From Octopus vulgaris (Eukaryota): a DNA stretch of 64,000 nt. The first letter of the stretch is position 1. Each line of letters opens with the position of its first letter. The notes beneath the pieces were generated by a model. That model had not been told where the DNA came from. It searched no databases and saw only the letters and a program-made list of their open reading frames with translations. The position numbers and the translations under genes are program-made. Positions 42,773-58,282 of the stretch are shown piece by piece. Location of the stretch: the NCBI GenBank assembly GCA_951406725.2, contig OX597825.1, positions 27,032,001-27,096,000 on the forward strand, read 5' to 3'.

Positions 42773-44448
42773 GTGTGTCTGTGTGTGCACGTATGTATAT
42801 ATCTATCTATATATCTATATATATATGTATACCTACATACATACATACGCACACGTTCTGAAATACAATACAGGATAATCCCTTTGTTCGGGGCTGAGTT
42901 GATACGCCACCAAAATTTAGAAGAATGATACTTCATACCTGCACATTTTATTACTTAGATTCATTATTCCGTAATGAAATTAGATAAATGCAAAAATCTG
43001 ACGATGTATTCATGCAGTTGATATATAGGATTAACGTACTGGACGTACAGGCATGTTAGTACATATACACTCTGAGAACGACTGATGAGAAATAAACGAA
43101 GGCCTACTAATAATATTTAGAATGTGTTGGATACTATAACAGAAAGAATCTGATCGGCGGCAAGTTGCAATGTAGTAATGTTCAACGACCGTAAATACAT
43201 GCAATATTGAATTTCTAGTGAAGGAAGCTAAGGTTTCCAGACGAAAGAACCTGACTCTATGGAATACACGTCAAGTGTTAGAAAATTAATGGGAATTGAA
43301 GATACATTAATGAAATTGCATGAGCTTATGTGGCGTGAGGTATGGTTAAAAATCTAACGTTTCTGATTAGTTGTGACGAATAGTAATTTTACTTTGCGCT
43401 CAGATTACTACTTTAAGTAATATAACTCGATATTTGCAATATAGATTTCCAACGACGGTCTAGTCAACCCCTTTATCTGTAAGAACCTCGTGAAATATAT
43501 ATCCATTTCGAGAGAATTTTAAAAATAACTTAATTCTATAGAGATACATAAATTAGAGGATTTTAGAAACATGGTTCCAAACATGATCAATTCTATTCAT
43601 TGAAAAAGATTGAGGATTTTCTTGAGAGCATTATATAGGAGATATTACTAACGTTTCTCATTTGAGTGCTACATGCTATTGTGAGGTTTCCTTCAGAAGG
43701 GAAGTTCTATTGTTCTGTGGCAAAATGATTCTTTAGTTGACTATATGGCATACGTCACAAAATGTTTAATCTCATTTAGGCGTTAAGATGATAAATTTTA
43801 AGAAGATAATTTATCTGCATGCTGACGTTTATATATCGTGAATTCTCAATCCATTTCTATTGTCATTGTAAGGTTTAATTACTCAAATATATTTTTCTTA
43901 TTGAAGTGGGATTGCAAAGTCAGTCCTGAAGGAGTGAAAAATAATGTCATGGAGGAGAGCTAAAAAAAATTTTATTCCTTTGGCAGAATACCAATATATT
44001 TCAAAATCTGTATTCTATAACGTTCGAAACTGGAATTGTATATAAGTTTATTCAATTATTCTGTTGTGTCAGGGGAGAGCCATTTTCTTTTTGTGCCTTA
44101 TAATGTAACACACTCACTGGTAAAATTTCCACATATTTTTATTTTTATTTTCATAAAATTTTCGTTGCGTCTTGCAACCTTTTCAATAGTCTTGACTTTT
44201 ATTCAATTAGGATGTTTTTATAGAGATCATAGAAGTAGTATTATACGACTAAGAATATAAAATATGCGGTTAAGACATCTCGGCTGATACTTTCGTCTTT
44301 CCTTATTATATGGATTGAATTCTTTCCGGCGAAACACGAAATTACTATAGCAATAATATTTATGCGGGGCGATCGATCAATTATCAATAATTATTTCAAA
44401 TTACAGACGTTATTTTAATTCCCTCTAAAATGATCCTGTGTAACAATT

Positions 44449-44498
<50 letters not shown>

Positions 44499-44503
44499 AA
44501 TAT

Positions 44504-44781
44504 ATACAAAATAAGAAAATGGAGAAATACATCGAAATCAAATATCAATTACCAGATAATACTCAATCACATACTTTATTAAACCACCACATAAGAAACT
44601 ATAAGGTTACACATAATAATGTAGGGCAAAACAGTGTACATAAAGGAGTGTACATAAAAGAGTAATTATTATGTTTAACCTTATAGTTTCTTATGTGGTG
44701 GTTTAATAAAGTATGTGATTGAGTATTATCTGGTAATTGATATTTGATTTCGATGTATTTCTCCATTTTCTTATTTTGTAT
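44504..44781. repeat. Near-perfect inverted repeat: 117-bp arms, 44-bp spacer
   Basis: 44504-44620 is the reverse complement of 44665-44781, with one mismatch seen (44610/44675). Confidence 0.95.
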
Positions 44782-45639
44782 TATGAATTTGTGGTAAAAT
44801 ATTTTACCTTTGCCCATATAATACAGTAAATGAATTAATTGCATCGCAATTCTTAACATTTATGTATTAACTTTGTTGGGTACGTCACTAGCAGTATATT
44901 GGATATATGTTATCCCATGGAGGGTTGTATTTACAACCCCTATCTCAATTTGTATATGTATACATATATTTCAAGTTGCAATGCTATTGTATCATAACTG
45001 ATGTTATTCTGAAAAGTGTTAATCCAGTAAATTTTGGGAAAAATAGTTAAATATTGGCGGTGATTTGACTAATCGCTAGATCCGTATGTCATGCGAAACT
45101 AGATGTTCGTCATAACTCTACAAATCTTTCATGTTCAGACATCGGATGAATAAGAGTATCCGTGTTTCTTTGATCTGCGCTAATCAGAGTAGGCTGAAAG
45201 GCGTTATGTCACCGGTAGAACTATTACACTAGAAAATTTTGTAAATTATACAGTTTAGGTAGCATCGAAGCAGTTAATTTTCGTCAAAACCCAGGTTCTC
45301 CACGACAATGCGGTCAGTCTTACTGAACACCAAACGTCTAACATAAAACAGAGTGATAATCCCACAGAGAGCTATGCCCGACTGGCAGATGACTGTAAAA
45401 TCTAACAATCGGAATAACCAGATGTTCTTTGTCCATGTGCATATTGTCAAATTCGGAAAATGAATTCGGTGCCTGAAAGACGGCTGGAAGTGACTGAGTA
45501 GTTTAGGGATGCTTTTGTAGCTCTGCTTCTGTTATATACGGTTTACACAATCCAAGACTATGTTGCAGTGTCTCCACTAAAGAGCAGGAAAGTCCACGTT
45601 AAAAATCTGTTCATCTTGCTCCTGCCAGGACGGAGACTG

Positions 45640-46328
45640 CGAGACGTCTGAAGGCAACTCCTTGCTACTGTTCTTTTCTGGGACCACTAAATTGCATTCT
45701 ACGATTCTTAATATATTTTTTCCTTATCACGAAATCCACTCGCTTCCAAATTAACACCACTACCACTGTTCCTATTCCTGGTGTGGTAAATGTAGTTTTG
45801 GCACAAACATTGCAGACACGCGCCTCATACCCAAATCGTCAGGGAAAATGGACTGATCTCAAACGCAACTTATCTGCACAACCTCTTACAACTCAGGGGT
45901 GGTTAGTCGACGATTTTCACTCACAGCTGCACGAACATCTGCGATGTTTTTCTCATTTCTACTGGCTGTGATTCTCCCAGAACGTTAATCAATATCGACA
46001 TTTCTTAGCCATCTTGGAAACGTCTAGACCAATCGTAAACTTCTGTGCGGCTCATAAACTCCTCTCCTTACACTTTCTGCAATTCTGTACCGGCTTCTGA
46101 GCAGGTATCACCATGTCACCTTTCTCTGTCATGGTCTGTGCAACGATCACACCTCACACGCGTTACTTCCAAGCACTGTTATAAAGAGCGGATGTGAGCC
46201 CGAATGCTCAAACACAATTCACATGCACAGCAGTGATAAAGGCCGATCTATGCCAAGTATCTTTACTTTGCATGCTTTCACTTCGTTAATATGGCAAAAA
46301 TCCGGATAATTATTGATCAGACTTCTTA
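45640..46328 (-). mobile_element. Degenerate mariner element: 5' end plus transposase HTH region
   Basis: Minus-strand GDTCSEA..ELQKV*GEEFMSRTEVYDWSRRFQDG..NIADVRAAVSENRRLT..DDLGMRRV matches the mariner N-terminus (MSRxQVFEWxKRFKxG..LGMRRV). TIR-like end near 46300-46328. Confidence 0.75.
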
Positions 46329-46436
46329 TGTCTTTCAAAAAACAACTAATTATATGTCGTTTCTGTCATGATTTGTTAAGACATGGTGTTTAATTCTACG
46401 CGATGCGTCATGAAGTTATATATGTTTATATCTTAA

Positions 46437-46828
46437 CTAGCTGTATCGCCCGGCGCTGCTCGGGTTTGTTTCGACCCTTTAGAATTAGAATTTTTGAAAA
46501 GTAAAATTTTGCATTATGTAGCTTGTTATTCTCTTTAAGTGAACATTTTCTTGTCGAAATACACCGCAAAATGGCGACTCAGCAGTCAAGAATTCGTAAT
46601 AAATAGGGATTTTCATAGTAAAAAGGCTCCTTTTTTATGTAAATAACTTTTGGTGTTAATATGGTCCGATTTCAATTTTGTCTTCTACGGAAGGAAGGGC
46701 AAGCTTTTTTCTATCATACTCCCAAGTTTGGTCGACTTGCGCGGCGGGGTCTCGAAGGAGATAGTGTTAGTTGAAGGCTACCAAACCTGCCATATACCGA
46801 CAACTTAAGCTTTATATATAGAGAGAGA
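46437..46828 (-). mobile_element. Non-autonomous Helitron
   Basis: Minus strand 5' A|TC(TC)nTATATATAAAG..., 3' GC-rich hairpin CCCGAGCAGCGCCGGG then CGATACAG-CTAG|T. These are canonical TC...CTRR termini at an AT site. Confidence 0.8.
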
Positions 46829-48023
46829 TAACAAACACATAGTGAACAAAATCGTCTTACTAATACGAATGGAAGAGAATGTCAGAATCCTCATCAACTT
46901 CAAAACTAAAACAAATAAGTATAAAATTACTGAGCGTGTGTGAGGAATCAATATGTTTCCTAATCGTAAATTTGCTCATATTTTTTTTCACATTTTTGCA
47001 AAAGTATCCTATCAGTAATTTGTTCTCCTTAAATCACCTGCCACAGCATTTGCATGCTCAACATGCAAGCTGGATATCAGGTGACGCTTATGCTATGTCG
47101 AATGTAATCTACAACTAAATATATTTCATCCAACAAGCTTCCAAAATAAACAACACGTGATGCGTTGTTGTGTCAAATTTTCTCGATGAGCGTACAAATT
47201 GTTTCGTTCATTTCACATGTTGGAGAAAGCCATATAAGAAACATTTTTCGATTGTATACAAACATGTAATAATAGTAGACATGTATAATATTCAAAACAT
47301 ATTAGAGATATTAATCGAACATTAAATATATAAGATAGTTATGTAAATACTTGAAATATTAATTGTTTACGATAAAGGGAAGAAAACAGAATAGCAATCT
47401 ACAAATGCTTCTCCGATAGAAATGAGAAATGAAATTAACTTCCATTTCCTGAAAGGAAATTCAGCAAAACAACTAATCATCTGGGAGATTTATTTGCATA
47501 CTAGTGATCATAATATATATATTTTTCAATATATGTGAGTGAGTATGTATCTGCCAAAGTGTATGTCATCTTACTCTTTATAAAAGCTGTTATTGAATAT
47601 CTATATTAATGCAATGTTGAAAACTGCATGCCGGAGACCTTGGATCTTAACAGGTCTACTTATTAGAGTATGTACAAATGGTATCCAAAATAACCTTCAA
47701 GTACATATTGTTAACATAGAAACACATGGACACGTACAAACTGAAAGAGCATCAAACGCGATACATGCATATAATTATAAGTACGTTAGTACCCGTACAC
47801 TCTGTTTGTGTGTGAGTGTGTATACGCATTAGGGTGTGAGTGTGTGTGTACATACATATGATTACTTTGTGAATTCTGTTAACGCTATGTCGAACATTCC
47901 ATGTAGGAGTCTTTTGATGTTAAAAAAAGCTATGTATAAGCGATTTACAAATATTACCTCTTTATGCAACATAGCACACCAATGCATTGCCAGAAATAAT
48001 CAGTTTTAACAATGTCAAAAGCA

Positions 48024-48104
<81 letters not shown>

Positions 48105-48386
48105 ATACATACATATTTATATATATGTGTTTGTGCATATATATATATATATATACATACATATACACACTCATATATATATATGTATGTATATATATTA
48201 ATACACATTTATGTATATGTTTGGATGTGTATACGTATGTATAGATGTATACATACATAGGTATAAAATACATTATATATATATACATAGATATAAAATA
48301 CATTATATATATATATAGATATATATTTATATATATATGCATATATATGTATATTTATATATATATATTCATACATATATATACAC

Positions 48387-48429
<43 letters not shown>

Positions 48430-48437
48430 CACATATA

Positions 48438-48506
<69 letters not shown>

Positions 48507-48510
<4 letters not shown>

Positions 48511-49546
48511 ACGGACCTCCGAAAGTTGTTACGGAATCCCACCTGCCGTCGCTCAAACTCGAACCCGGGATCCCAACAGGTCGAGCGACGACGATTGACC
48601 AGGCTCGAGCGATCGATCGAATGTTCGCCACGGAACTCAGAGAGGAGAGACACAACAACAACAACAGCAGCAGCAGCAGGAAGAGACACAGGGGCAATCG
48701 GCTTACACTTAACCTACTTGTTTATATAACTATTACAACAAATACAATGTGATCCATCAGGTAGATACAAACAACCGAATCAACAGCATGCAGATGCAAT
48801 ATAACAACAGCATTTAAAGAAAACAACAAATCAAGAAACAGGTATACAACAGATCGAAGCATTTAAACATGCAAATACAATATACACGTCGAATCAAACA
48901 AATCAATACATTATACAATGTTCATAGACAAATAATTCACGTTACAATTAACGTACACATTAACGATACAGTTCATAGTTCTTTTCTTGTATTTTTCCTT
49001 CTTGTTCTTCTTTCTCTTTTTTTTGTAACACGTATGAATACAATTCACATTGTTCTTTATGACACATCAACAAGTCCTTTACTCACTTCTGTAATAGTTC
49101 GTTATAATCTCTTTACATAATTCACATATCAACATACAATTAAACACATACCGTACAACCGCCAATGCCTCACACTGTAGTCCATCTCTATTAGCTGTTT
49201 AATCCTATGTGTATATCCTCCTCAACCCCGCATCCTCTCACTGTCCCCTGTCGTTCTCAACACCGTCCTGTCACTATCTCTTCTGTCATCTCTCATGAGT
49301 GTGTGTCTGTCTCTCTCTGCGCTCTTGCCATGCTACCACCTCAATCTCTCGGCTGGAACTGATCTACAGACTCACAGCTCCTTTTTATAAGATAGTTTTT
49401 TGACCTTTCCTTGACCGGAAAAAGGGTAGGGGTCCTTCCAAAAGCCATCACTCTTCCGTGAACAAAGGACTATAACTTTGTATTCCAGACTTCCAGATTC
49501 CACCCCAAGCAAAGTAGGTCAAGAAGTACTGTGACTATTCACAACA
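48507..49546 (-). mobile_element. Probable solo LTR (Gypsy-like), 1040 bp
   Basis: TGTT...AACA inverted termini, ATAT on both flanks (compatible with a 4-bp TSD in an AT tract), TATA-like TATAAAAAGG on the minus strand near 49380-49389, no coding motifs seen. Confidence 0.65.
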
Positions 49547-49631
49547 ATATATATTAATAGTTATCGCCATAATTTCCAGTAACGCTGCCGTAATCTCCTT
49601 TAGAGAGACTTAGTAATTTTAGTATTTCTAT

Positions 49632-49663
<32 letters not shown>

Positions 49664-51479
49664 GGAATTTATTGTTTTATTAGAAAGGGGTTGAGGAGCA
49701 TACATCGGCTGGAGTTTAAATGCAGGAGAAACCTGAAGATGGACATAAATTTTGGTATCAATATGACAACATGAATTTGCAAGCAATATCTTGCATTAGA
49801 ACTTTGCATAAGCGTATGCATTCCTTATCTGCGAAATCGTTAATTCAACCTTATGCTGGTTTATGAAGTAGAATTTAATTTTACAGGAATTCTATTTAAA
49901 ATGATTCTATAAAGATCCACGCAAATTGCCGAAGGACATTGTGTGTGAGATTAATAATGTCATATAGTGTATTGATATTGATCAGAACCTACTTGTAGCT
50001 GAATTGCTGTAATGCTAAGTAGTCGGTTTTATCTGTGTATAATTCATGAATTAAAAACTATAAAAGAAAAAAATGTTTGAAATACAAGCGCAGTCTTTCG
50101 TTGACCTCTTCGTTCATTACAATAAATACTTAAAGGAACATTTTATATTGGAATTAAATTTTAATTTTATCAGCGAGTAATTAGGCATTATTGACAAATC
50201 ACCAATATAAAAGGGGATTCATCTTAAAATGTAGATTTTTTTCTTTTTTTCTTTTACCTTACATTTTAAACAACCATACTTATTTCAAGCAGCCCATTTA
50301 TAATTTAAATACATAATTCTAAAACTAAACGATTACTAATCCGCTCTGGAGTTGTGTATCGAATGAGTGGCAAGCGGATGATCTTTGACACATACAAATA
50401 TAATTCAAAGCTAATCTACGCTTGTGTTTGAGTGTGCGAATTAATTTTCATTCTGACATTAGAATGCTGATTCTGTCAGTAAGTATATGTTATTTAGAAA
50501 CCATTTCAAAAATTGGAGATTTGGATTGAAGCCATTCCTTAGTTTAAATTTACTCTTGTACTGATTTCTAGCTGTTAGATTAACGTAATTTTATTTAGTA
50601 CGGAATCAGTCATACTGTAAATGATCGTATAAGAATTCCTTGTGTTTTAATGTTGAGGATGTGCTACCTATTCTGCTGTAAAACTGATTGTAGGGTGAAT
50701 AATATGAGAAAATCTCTGAAAATCGCACACAAGATTTCTTGATTTTTTTTTCTGTGAGAATATATAACGTGGAAAAAAGTTTCGGAAAATTGATACCTGG
50801 TTTTCTGTTTGAAGTTGAGTAAACAATGTGTAACATTAATTATAGAGAATGATGGATTATTTATAATCTGTCGTATACGACTTGAGTACATATAAAATGT
50901 ATAAATCAAAAAAATATTGACGTTTTTTTTTACATTTATATAGAAATGAAACAGTGGAAACAGAAAATAATTGCGACAGTACTGTGACAATAAAGAATGA
51001 CTATTTCATACCGACGGCTTATATCTTTTGTGACAGTTTTGATGATTACATTTTGTGGATATTACAATCATATTTGCAATGTCGCAATAAGACAAGAATG
51101 TCGAATTTTTCTGATTATTTCTGGGAGAACAACACACTAGAATTAAGCAATCTCTAATGTATTGAGAAATTAATGGGCCCATTTGATACGTTGTTCACAG
51201 GGATCCCACAGTGCCTTCGATGGCCATAGATTATAGCCTATCGGTTCTACCAGGTCTCATTGTAATATTTGTTACATATTTCTAGACTGAAGTGATATTG
51301 AAAGGGTTGTAACATTGTTCATGCTTTATTGTATTTCGGAAATAAATTGAAATCCCTGTGTTCTTATGCAAAAAAGAGATATAGCCTCAAGGGAGGATAC
51401 TTGATCATCCAATGTTATTCGTATCTCAAAAGCATATCTATTTTCAATTTGTCATATTCTACTGGAATAAGATCATTAC

Positions 51480-52545
51480 TTGGCTCAGTGCGTATCCGCT
51501 GTTGAGTCACTATGTCCTGCTAACTTCCAGGACCAGCCTTTCTCTCACCTCTTCGTCTCTCGCTTTGCCCCGCTTTGCTCAGAATTGAATGTAGGCAGCG
51601 TCAGTGGAACATATCTAGCAATTTAGAGCTCTCCGCTCTTTTCCTCCATCTTTCACGGGCATATTTACTGTTAACATAACAAAAGGTGAGTATTATTGCA
51701 GCTTTATCGCTTCGCTAAGGATCTTCGATCTCCATATTGGACGAGAGCGTTGGAGTACTGGTGTTGCTTTAATTATCCTGATCTTGTTTTCAATATCTGC
51801 ATCAACCATGTTGCATATGTAGCTTCTCAGATTTGCAAATTTATCGCTCTACTCGACAATATCGCCACATCTGAGACTGGTGTTGTTTGAGCTTCAATAA
51901 CTTAACACAGGTGTGGAATTTTCAGCGCTATTCCGCAAACTTGCGTTCGCCCCCAAAATTTTGAAGTTTTCTGAAATGTCATCTAACGTATCTGAGTCAG
52001 AACTTTCTCAAGCTATGTCCAACTCTGTCACTTTGCCCAGTATCCATGTCACTCGAAAACTGATGCTGTCCGTTGCTTTCTGCATGATGGAATCAATCGT
52101 CATGAGAAAGAAACAGGAACTGTGACAAGTTTCAATCTGTCTTGCTCCGGTAGCCATTTCGAATATATCCGTGAAACCACTGCATGTCTTCATGCCACAC
52201 TGGTAGTTTCTATATAGATAGTTAAAGATGCAGTTACATCTAATCGGGAACCAATAGATTCTCGATATATTCCAGAGTGCATCTCGGTGAACACTGTCAA
52301 ATGTTTTCTTAAAATTGCTGAAATTAAGAAGCAGCCGCAGTCTATTCTCTCTGAATTGTTCCAATAGATTGCACACAAAGAACTATTCGACACAAGACCT
52401 GCCGCTCCAGAAAGATGTCTAAACGTCACTGAAGACAACTTAAAACTCTTCCATCAATTTGTTCAGCAGAACATTGCAAAGATCTTCGTGAGATACGTAA
52501 GACATTGTAGTGGCCAGTTAGTTCTTACAGTCTGCTAGGTTACCT
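51480..52545 (-). mobile_element. Degenerate RTE-clade LINE RT fragment
   Basis: Minus-strand GNLADCKN; AGLVSNSS; NFSNFKKTFDSVHRDALWNI; ATGARQ..FFLMTIDSIM; VTELDIA. These resemble RTE FIDFKKAFDSVHR..TGVRQG..LDYADD. Confidence 0.75.
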
Positions 52546-53248
52546 ACAGCGACAGCAATAATATTTTTTCTACTTTAAATTACGTTTGTACATAATTTAC
52601 ATGATTTGTGCCATACCCGTGTTATTGCGCGAAAAAATTTAACCAATGTCATGGTGGCTCTTTTATCTCGAGTATTAAAAAGTATATGCACATAATAGGC
52701 ATCATAAAACTGAAACAATAAATATTTTAAACGTGTCTGGTGTAAATGTGTTTGTACGACTAAAAACGGTTAAAATAAGCATCTATGCATATAACCGAAT
52801 TTCTACATTACATCTAACAAAGTCCGTAATTCATAATCTCGTAAAAGAACCAACATCTATGAGTTGATCTGATTTACTATGGTAATTGATAAGAGCCGTT
52901 GTGAGACGATGTCAAATATTTGTAACATTAACTTGATGAGATTCATTAGATAAAATATAATCTATCAATCGACAGGAAATTAATATAGATAGGAAACTAA
53001 TATGCTTCTGGTCGTTTAGCTTCACAATCTCATTCCAGCCGAAGTAGTTATATAAAGCAGTTCATTGTTTTACCATAGCGTGTTATATTCAAAATATTTG
53101 CTTCCAAAATTTACGCTTAAGTTCATAAATCAGGAATTCTATGAATGGCATTTATAGAAACAACTTTCTCAGTACGGCTCAATTATTAATTTCGTCAATG
53201 AATTGTGATGGATCAATCTTGCTTCTTTCACTTCAGAATACGTTACTT

Positions 53249-53846
53249 TAGGCGACCTGGTGAGCTGGCAGAATCGTTAGCACGCCGGGTGAAATGCTTA
53301 GCGGTATTTCGTCTGCCGTTACGTTGTGAGTTCAAATTCCGCCAAGGTCGACTTTGCCTTTCATCCTTTCAGGGTCGATTAAATAAGAACCAGTTAAGCA
53401 CTGAAGTCGATATAATTGATTTAAACCATTTGTCTGTCCTTGTTTGTCGTCTCTGTGTTTAGCTCCGTGTGGGTAATAAAGTAATAGGTATTTCGTCTGC
53501 CGTTACGTTCTGAGTTCAAATTCCGCCAAAGTCGACTTTGCCTTTCATCCTTTCGGGGTCGATTAAATATGCACCAGATACATACTGGGGTCGATATAAT
53601 CGACTTAATCCGCTTGTCTGTCCTTGTTTGTCCTCTCTGTGCTTAGCCCCTTGTGGCTAGTAATTAAATAGGTATTCGTAGTAAAGAAATAGGTATTTAT
53701 GTTCTGAGATCAAACTCCGCCGTGGTCGACTTTGCCTGTCATCCTTCCAGAGTCGATCAATTAAGTACCAGTTGCGTACTGGGGTCGATCTAATCGACTG
53801 GCCCCCTTCTCTCAAATTTCGAGCCTTGTGCCTAAAGTAGAAAAGA
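53249..53846 (+). mobile_element. Head-to-tail array of three SINE family B units
   Basis: Unit 1 is 53249-53486 (full head). Unit 2 starts at 53487 and unit 3 at 53692; both are 5'-truncated and join at GGTATT. Confidence 0.88.
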
Positions 53847-54186
53847 GTATGTCACTTTCTCATAAAATGTAGTTTTCATAAGTAAATATGTGATTTTTTT
53901 CTTAACAGGAAGTTAAATCAAATACATACGTAGCATATTTCAGTGAAACATTTGGCGAAATCGTTGGAATCGCTTCGGAAGCAGCTGATAGATCACCGCT
54001 TCCAGTAAATTTGTCACACATTGTGCGTTTACGTGTCTGAAGAAAATGTAGTCACACATTTCATTTTAACAAATACTCGTCTTGTAACCAATGCGGCGCA
54101 CATAATAGCAAAAAGAACATAATTCCACAGAGGCACATTCGGCTCATATAATGACAACGAACGACAAGAAAAAGAGATTCATAGAT

Positions 54187-54881
<695 letters not shown>

Positions 54882-54883
54882 GC

Positions 54884-55005
<122 letters not shown>

Positions 55006-56548
55006 CAAAAAGAATGAACACAAAAAGAAACAACGTGAGGACAGCAGACGCTCTTCTTCGGAAACAGTGGCAAGTCCAAAAGAAGAGAAGAGGGCGAGAG
55101 AATATCGCCAACGATTCACATATGATTACATTTTGAAATGGTCGGAGGGGAATGAGTGAAGAAAAAGTTCTTTCTAAGACAGGAGAGCGTATGAGAAGGA
55201 AGTATGTTTGTGTATGTGTGACTGAACTTTGTGTCGCTTACTTTTGTAGAAAGAATTTAGTTGTAGGAGTGGCTGTCTTTTATGCAGTGTGTTTTATAAC
55301 ATGTGCGTAGAGGAATGTTCAGTAGAAAGGTGTTTCACTAGCAGTTTGAAATATGTGTATGCATGTGCATGTACGTTTGTGTGTATATATATATATTTTG
55401 TGCGAGTGTGTTTTTTGTATGTAGTGTGTGCATGCTTCTTTGTGTGCATGTGTATATGTACGTGGGTGTATGAGCGTGTGCGTATTTGTGTGCGCATGGG
55501 ATTGTGTCTGTGGATTATATGTGCGTTCATCTGTGCGTGTGTGTATATGTCCAGCATGGTTGAAGTGCGGGTACCTTCAAAAAACTACCAAAAACTCCAA
55601 ATAAATATACACATGAGCGAAAGCAGGCTACTCTGTGGTAACGAAGAGCAATAACCCTAAAAGTAGTTCACGAATATTGTTTTGTGCTGGGTGGAGATGT
55701 TGAATTCCTGGTTCGAAAATATAAGAACAGTGTGCCGTATATCTATCTAGAAACGATGTTTTGGGGGGATAATGAACTATAGCAATTTCCCTTCAAGGAC
55801 AGCCATATTATTTTGGCAAATGGCTTTTACTTTATACACACACACACACACACACTCATATATGCGAGATAAAATATTTTAATGACGCATTTCAATATCT
55901 AAACGGAAATGTACGGGAATTAACGTAGGAAAATATTCTTTCTGATTGTAAATGTTGTAAAAACAGTATATCTATCTGGTGCTGGCCACTGCCCAATTCC
56001 CTGATGCACCTATAACTCGTCAGCCATTATCAATGGGAAATACCGAAGAGGGACAACTCTGGGCAGATTTATAGCCGTAGCTTGAACTAAAGCTCTCCAC
56101 AACAGTTACTGAGTTGCGCCATTAGACCACAACATTAAAAAAATAATGCCAAGCAGTTTTAGATTAGTTAAAATATATTTGTGACATATCTCAACTTCTA
56201 AAACAAATTCACTGCGGTTACCGTGAAGAAAAACAGTCTCTGTTTTGACTATAATTTAGTTAAAGCGATGATTTTAATTATAAAATTTCCCAGAATACTC
56301 TTTTTTTACTATTTCTCATTGAGAACAGCTGATGAACTAGAAACAAGTCCGGGATTCCGATAGGGGTAGTACTGGCCAGATATGGTGCTTTTATATTTAA
56401 TACTATAGAAGATAATTTGTTCCCCGCGGTAAGTGCTCTGAAGTTGTCTTTAGAAGCTGAAATATATCAGAAACATATTTTCACTAACCTAACTTCCCTT
56501 AAGCTTACGCAATAATAGGCGTTGAAACTGCTGATATATATATATATT

Positions 56549-56623
56549 GGCGCAGGTGTTGTTGTGTGGTAAGTAGCTTTGTGAGTGGATTTGGTAGATG
56601 GAAGCTGAAAGAAGCCCGTCGTA

Positions 56624-56674
<51 letters not shown>

Positions 56675-56890
56675 GTGTGTGTTTGTGTGTCTGTGTTTTC
56701 CCCCCTAGCATTGCTTGACAACCGATGCTGGTGTGTTTACATCCCCGTCACTTAACGGTTCGGCAAAAGAGACTGATAGAATAAGTACTGGGCTTACAAA
56801 GAATAAGTCCTGGGGTCGATTTGCTCGACTAAAGGCGGTGCTCCAGCATGGCCGCAGTCAAATGACTGAAACAAGTAAAACAAGTAAAAG
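56549..56890 (+). mobile_element. SINE family A with deletion of the B-box region
   Basis: Matches 4401-4805 but jumps from GTAAGTAGCTT to TGTGAGTGGATTT. Confidence 0.85.
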
Positions 56891-56893
56891 AGG

Positions 56894-57011
<118 letters not shown>

Positions 57012-57416
57012 GCATATATACACATACACATGCACACATGCTTACACAAACACACATACCCATATGCGTGTGTGTGTGTGACGTTGAAATTGACAGAGTG
57101 AATAAAGTGTTTAATCGCTTTGTAGTGAGTCTGACGTATTTCTCCCCAGGAGATCATGTTTCCTAAGCATTTTATTTGTGTTTGGTAAATAATGGAAAAG
57201 ATAAGAGTTACATATTGACGGAATCACTAGACATTCACAAGAGATACGTTATAACACCTGATAATACTCTCTGATTTAAGTTAAATCTCTACACCTTATA
57301 ATATTCCCGACTTTTTGCTGCTACTTGCTGTACTAACCAGCATAAGGATACATGTGCATACGTACATACACACCTAGAAACGCACACACACATACATATG
57401 TGTATGTTTGTGTACT

Positions 57417-57462
<46 letters not shown>

Positions 57463-57828
57463 TTGTATTTTTATTTATATACCATTGCACATACAAATTT
57501 GCATTATTTTTATACATTTAGATTTAAAATTCGAAAATATATTCTGGCAGCACATTTAACTAAATATTTTCACTGGAATATTTGTTTCAAATACGTAAAA
57601 AGAAAATACAATCTGAAAGAATGATTTTATTTTGAAAATCAACTGCATATTAGTTCCAGGGATTGTCATATGATGTTCGTTTTCTTCTGTTTTATTGTAT
57701 CTGAACTTAAAATAGACATCATTTCACGTGTCAAATATATCTACATATTTCATTTTTAATATATTCAATAAATTTCATATGAATAAATAAATAAGTAAAT
57801 AAATAAATATATATTGATATGTAGATGA

Positions 57829-57892
<64 letters not shown>

Positions 57893-58282
57893 ATGTATAT
57901 AATTGTAAACGAAAACGAAAGTGCAGATTTATTCACAGTCTAAAGTTTTTATTAAAAATGTTTTCCACATAATATATGTAACAATGACCAAATTATGTTT
58001 CATTGTAGCAACCACACTCCGTATACAATTATGCATCGTAGTCATTGCAATTTCATCAAGGGTCCATCACTTGCAACACACATATACACATACACATATA
58101 TGAATATGTATCTGTGTGTCTTAGGACATATAACAATGTGGTTAGAGAGTTGCTCACACAGTCGCCATATCTTAGTTCCAATTCCTACACAGGTGATCCG
58201 TTGTGTTCTTGAGCAAAACATTTTATGCCACGTTACTTTTAAATATAGAAGTATCATTGCTGTTATTAATAATATTAATAAG

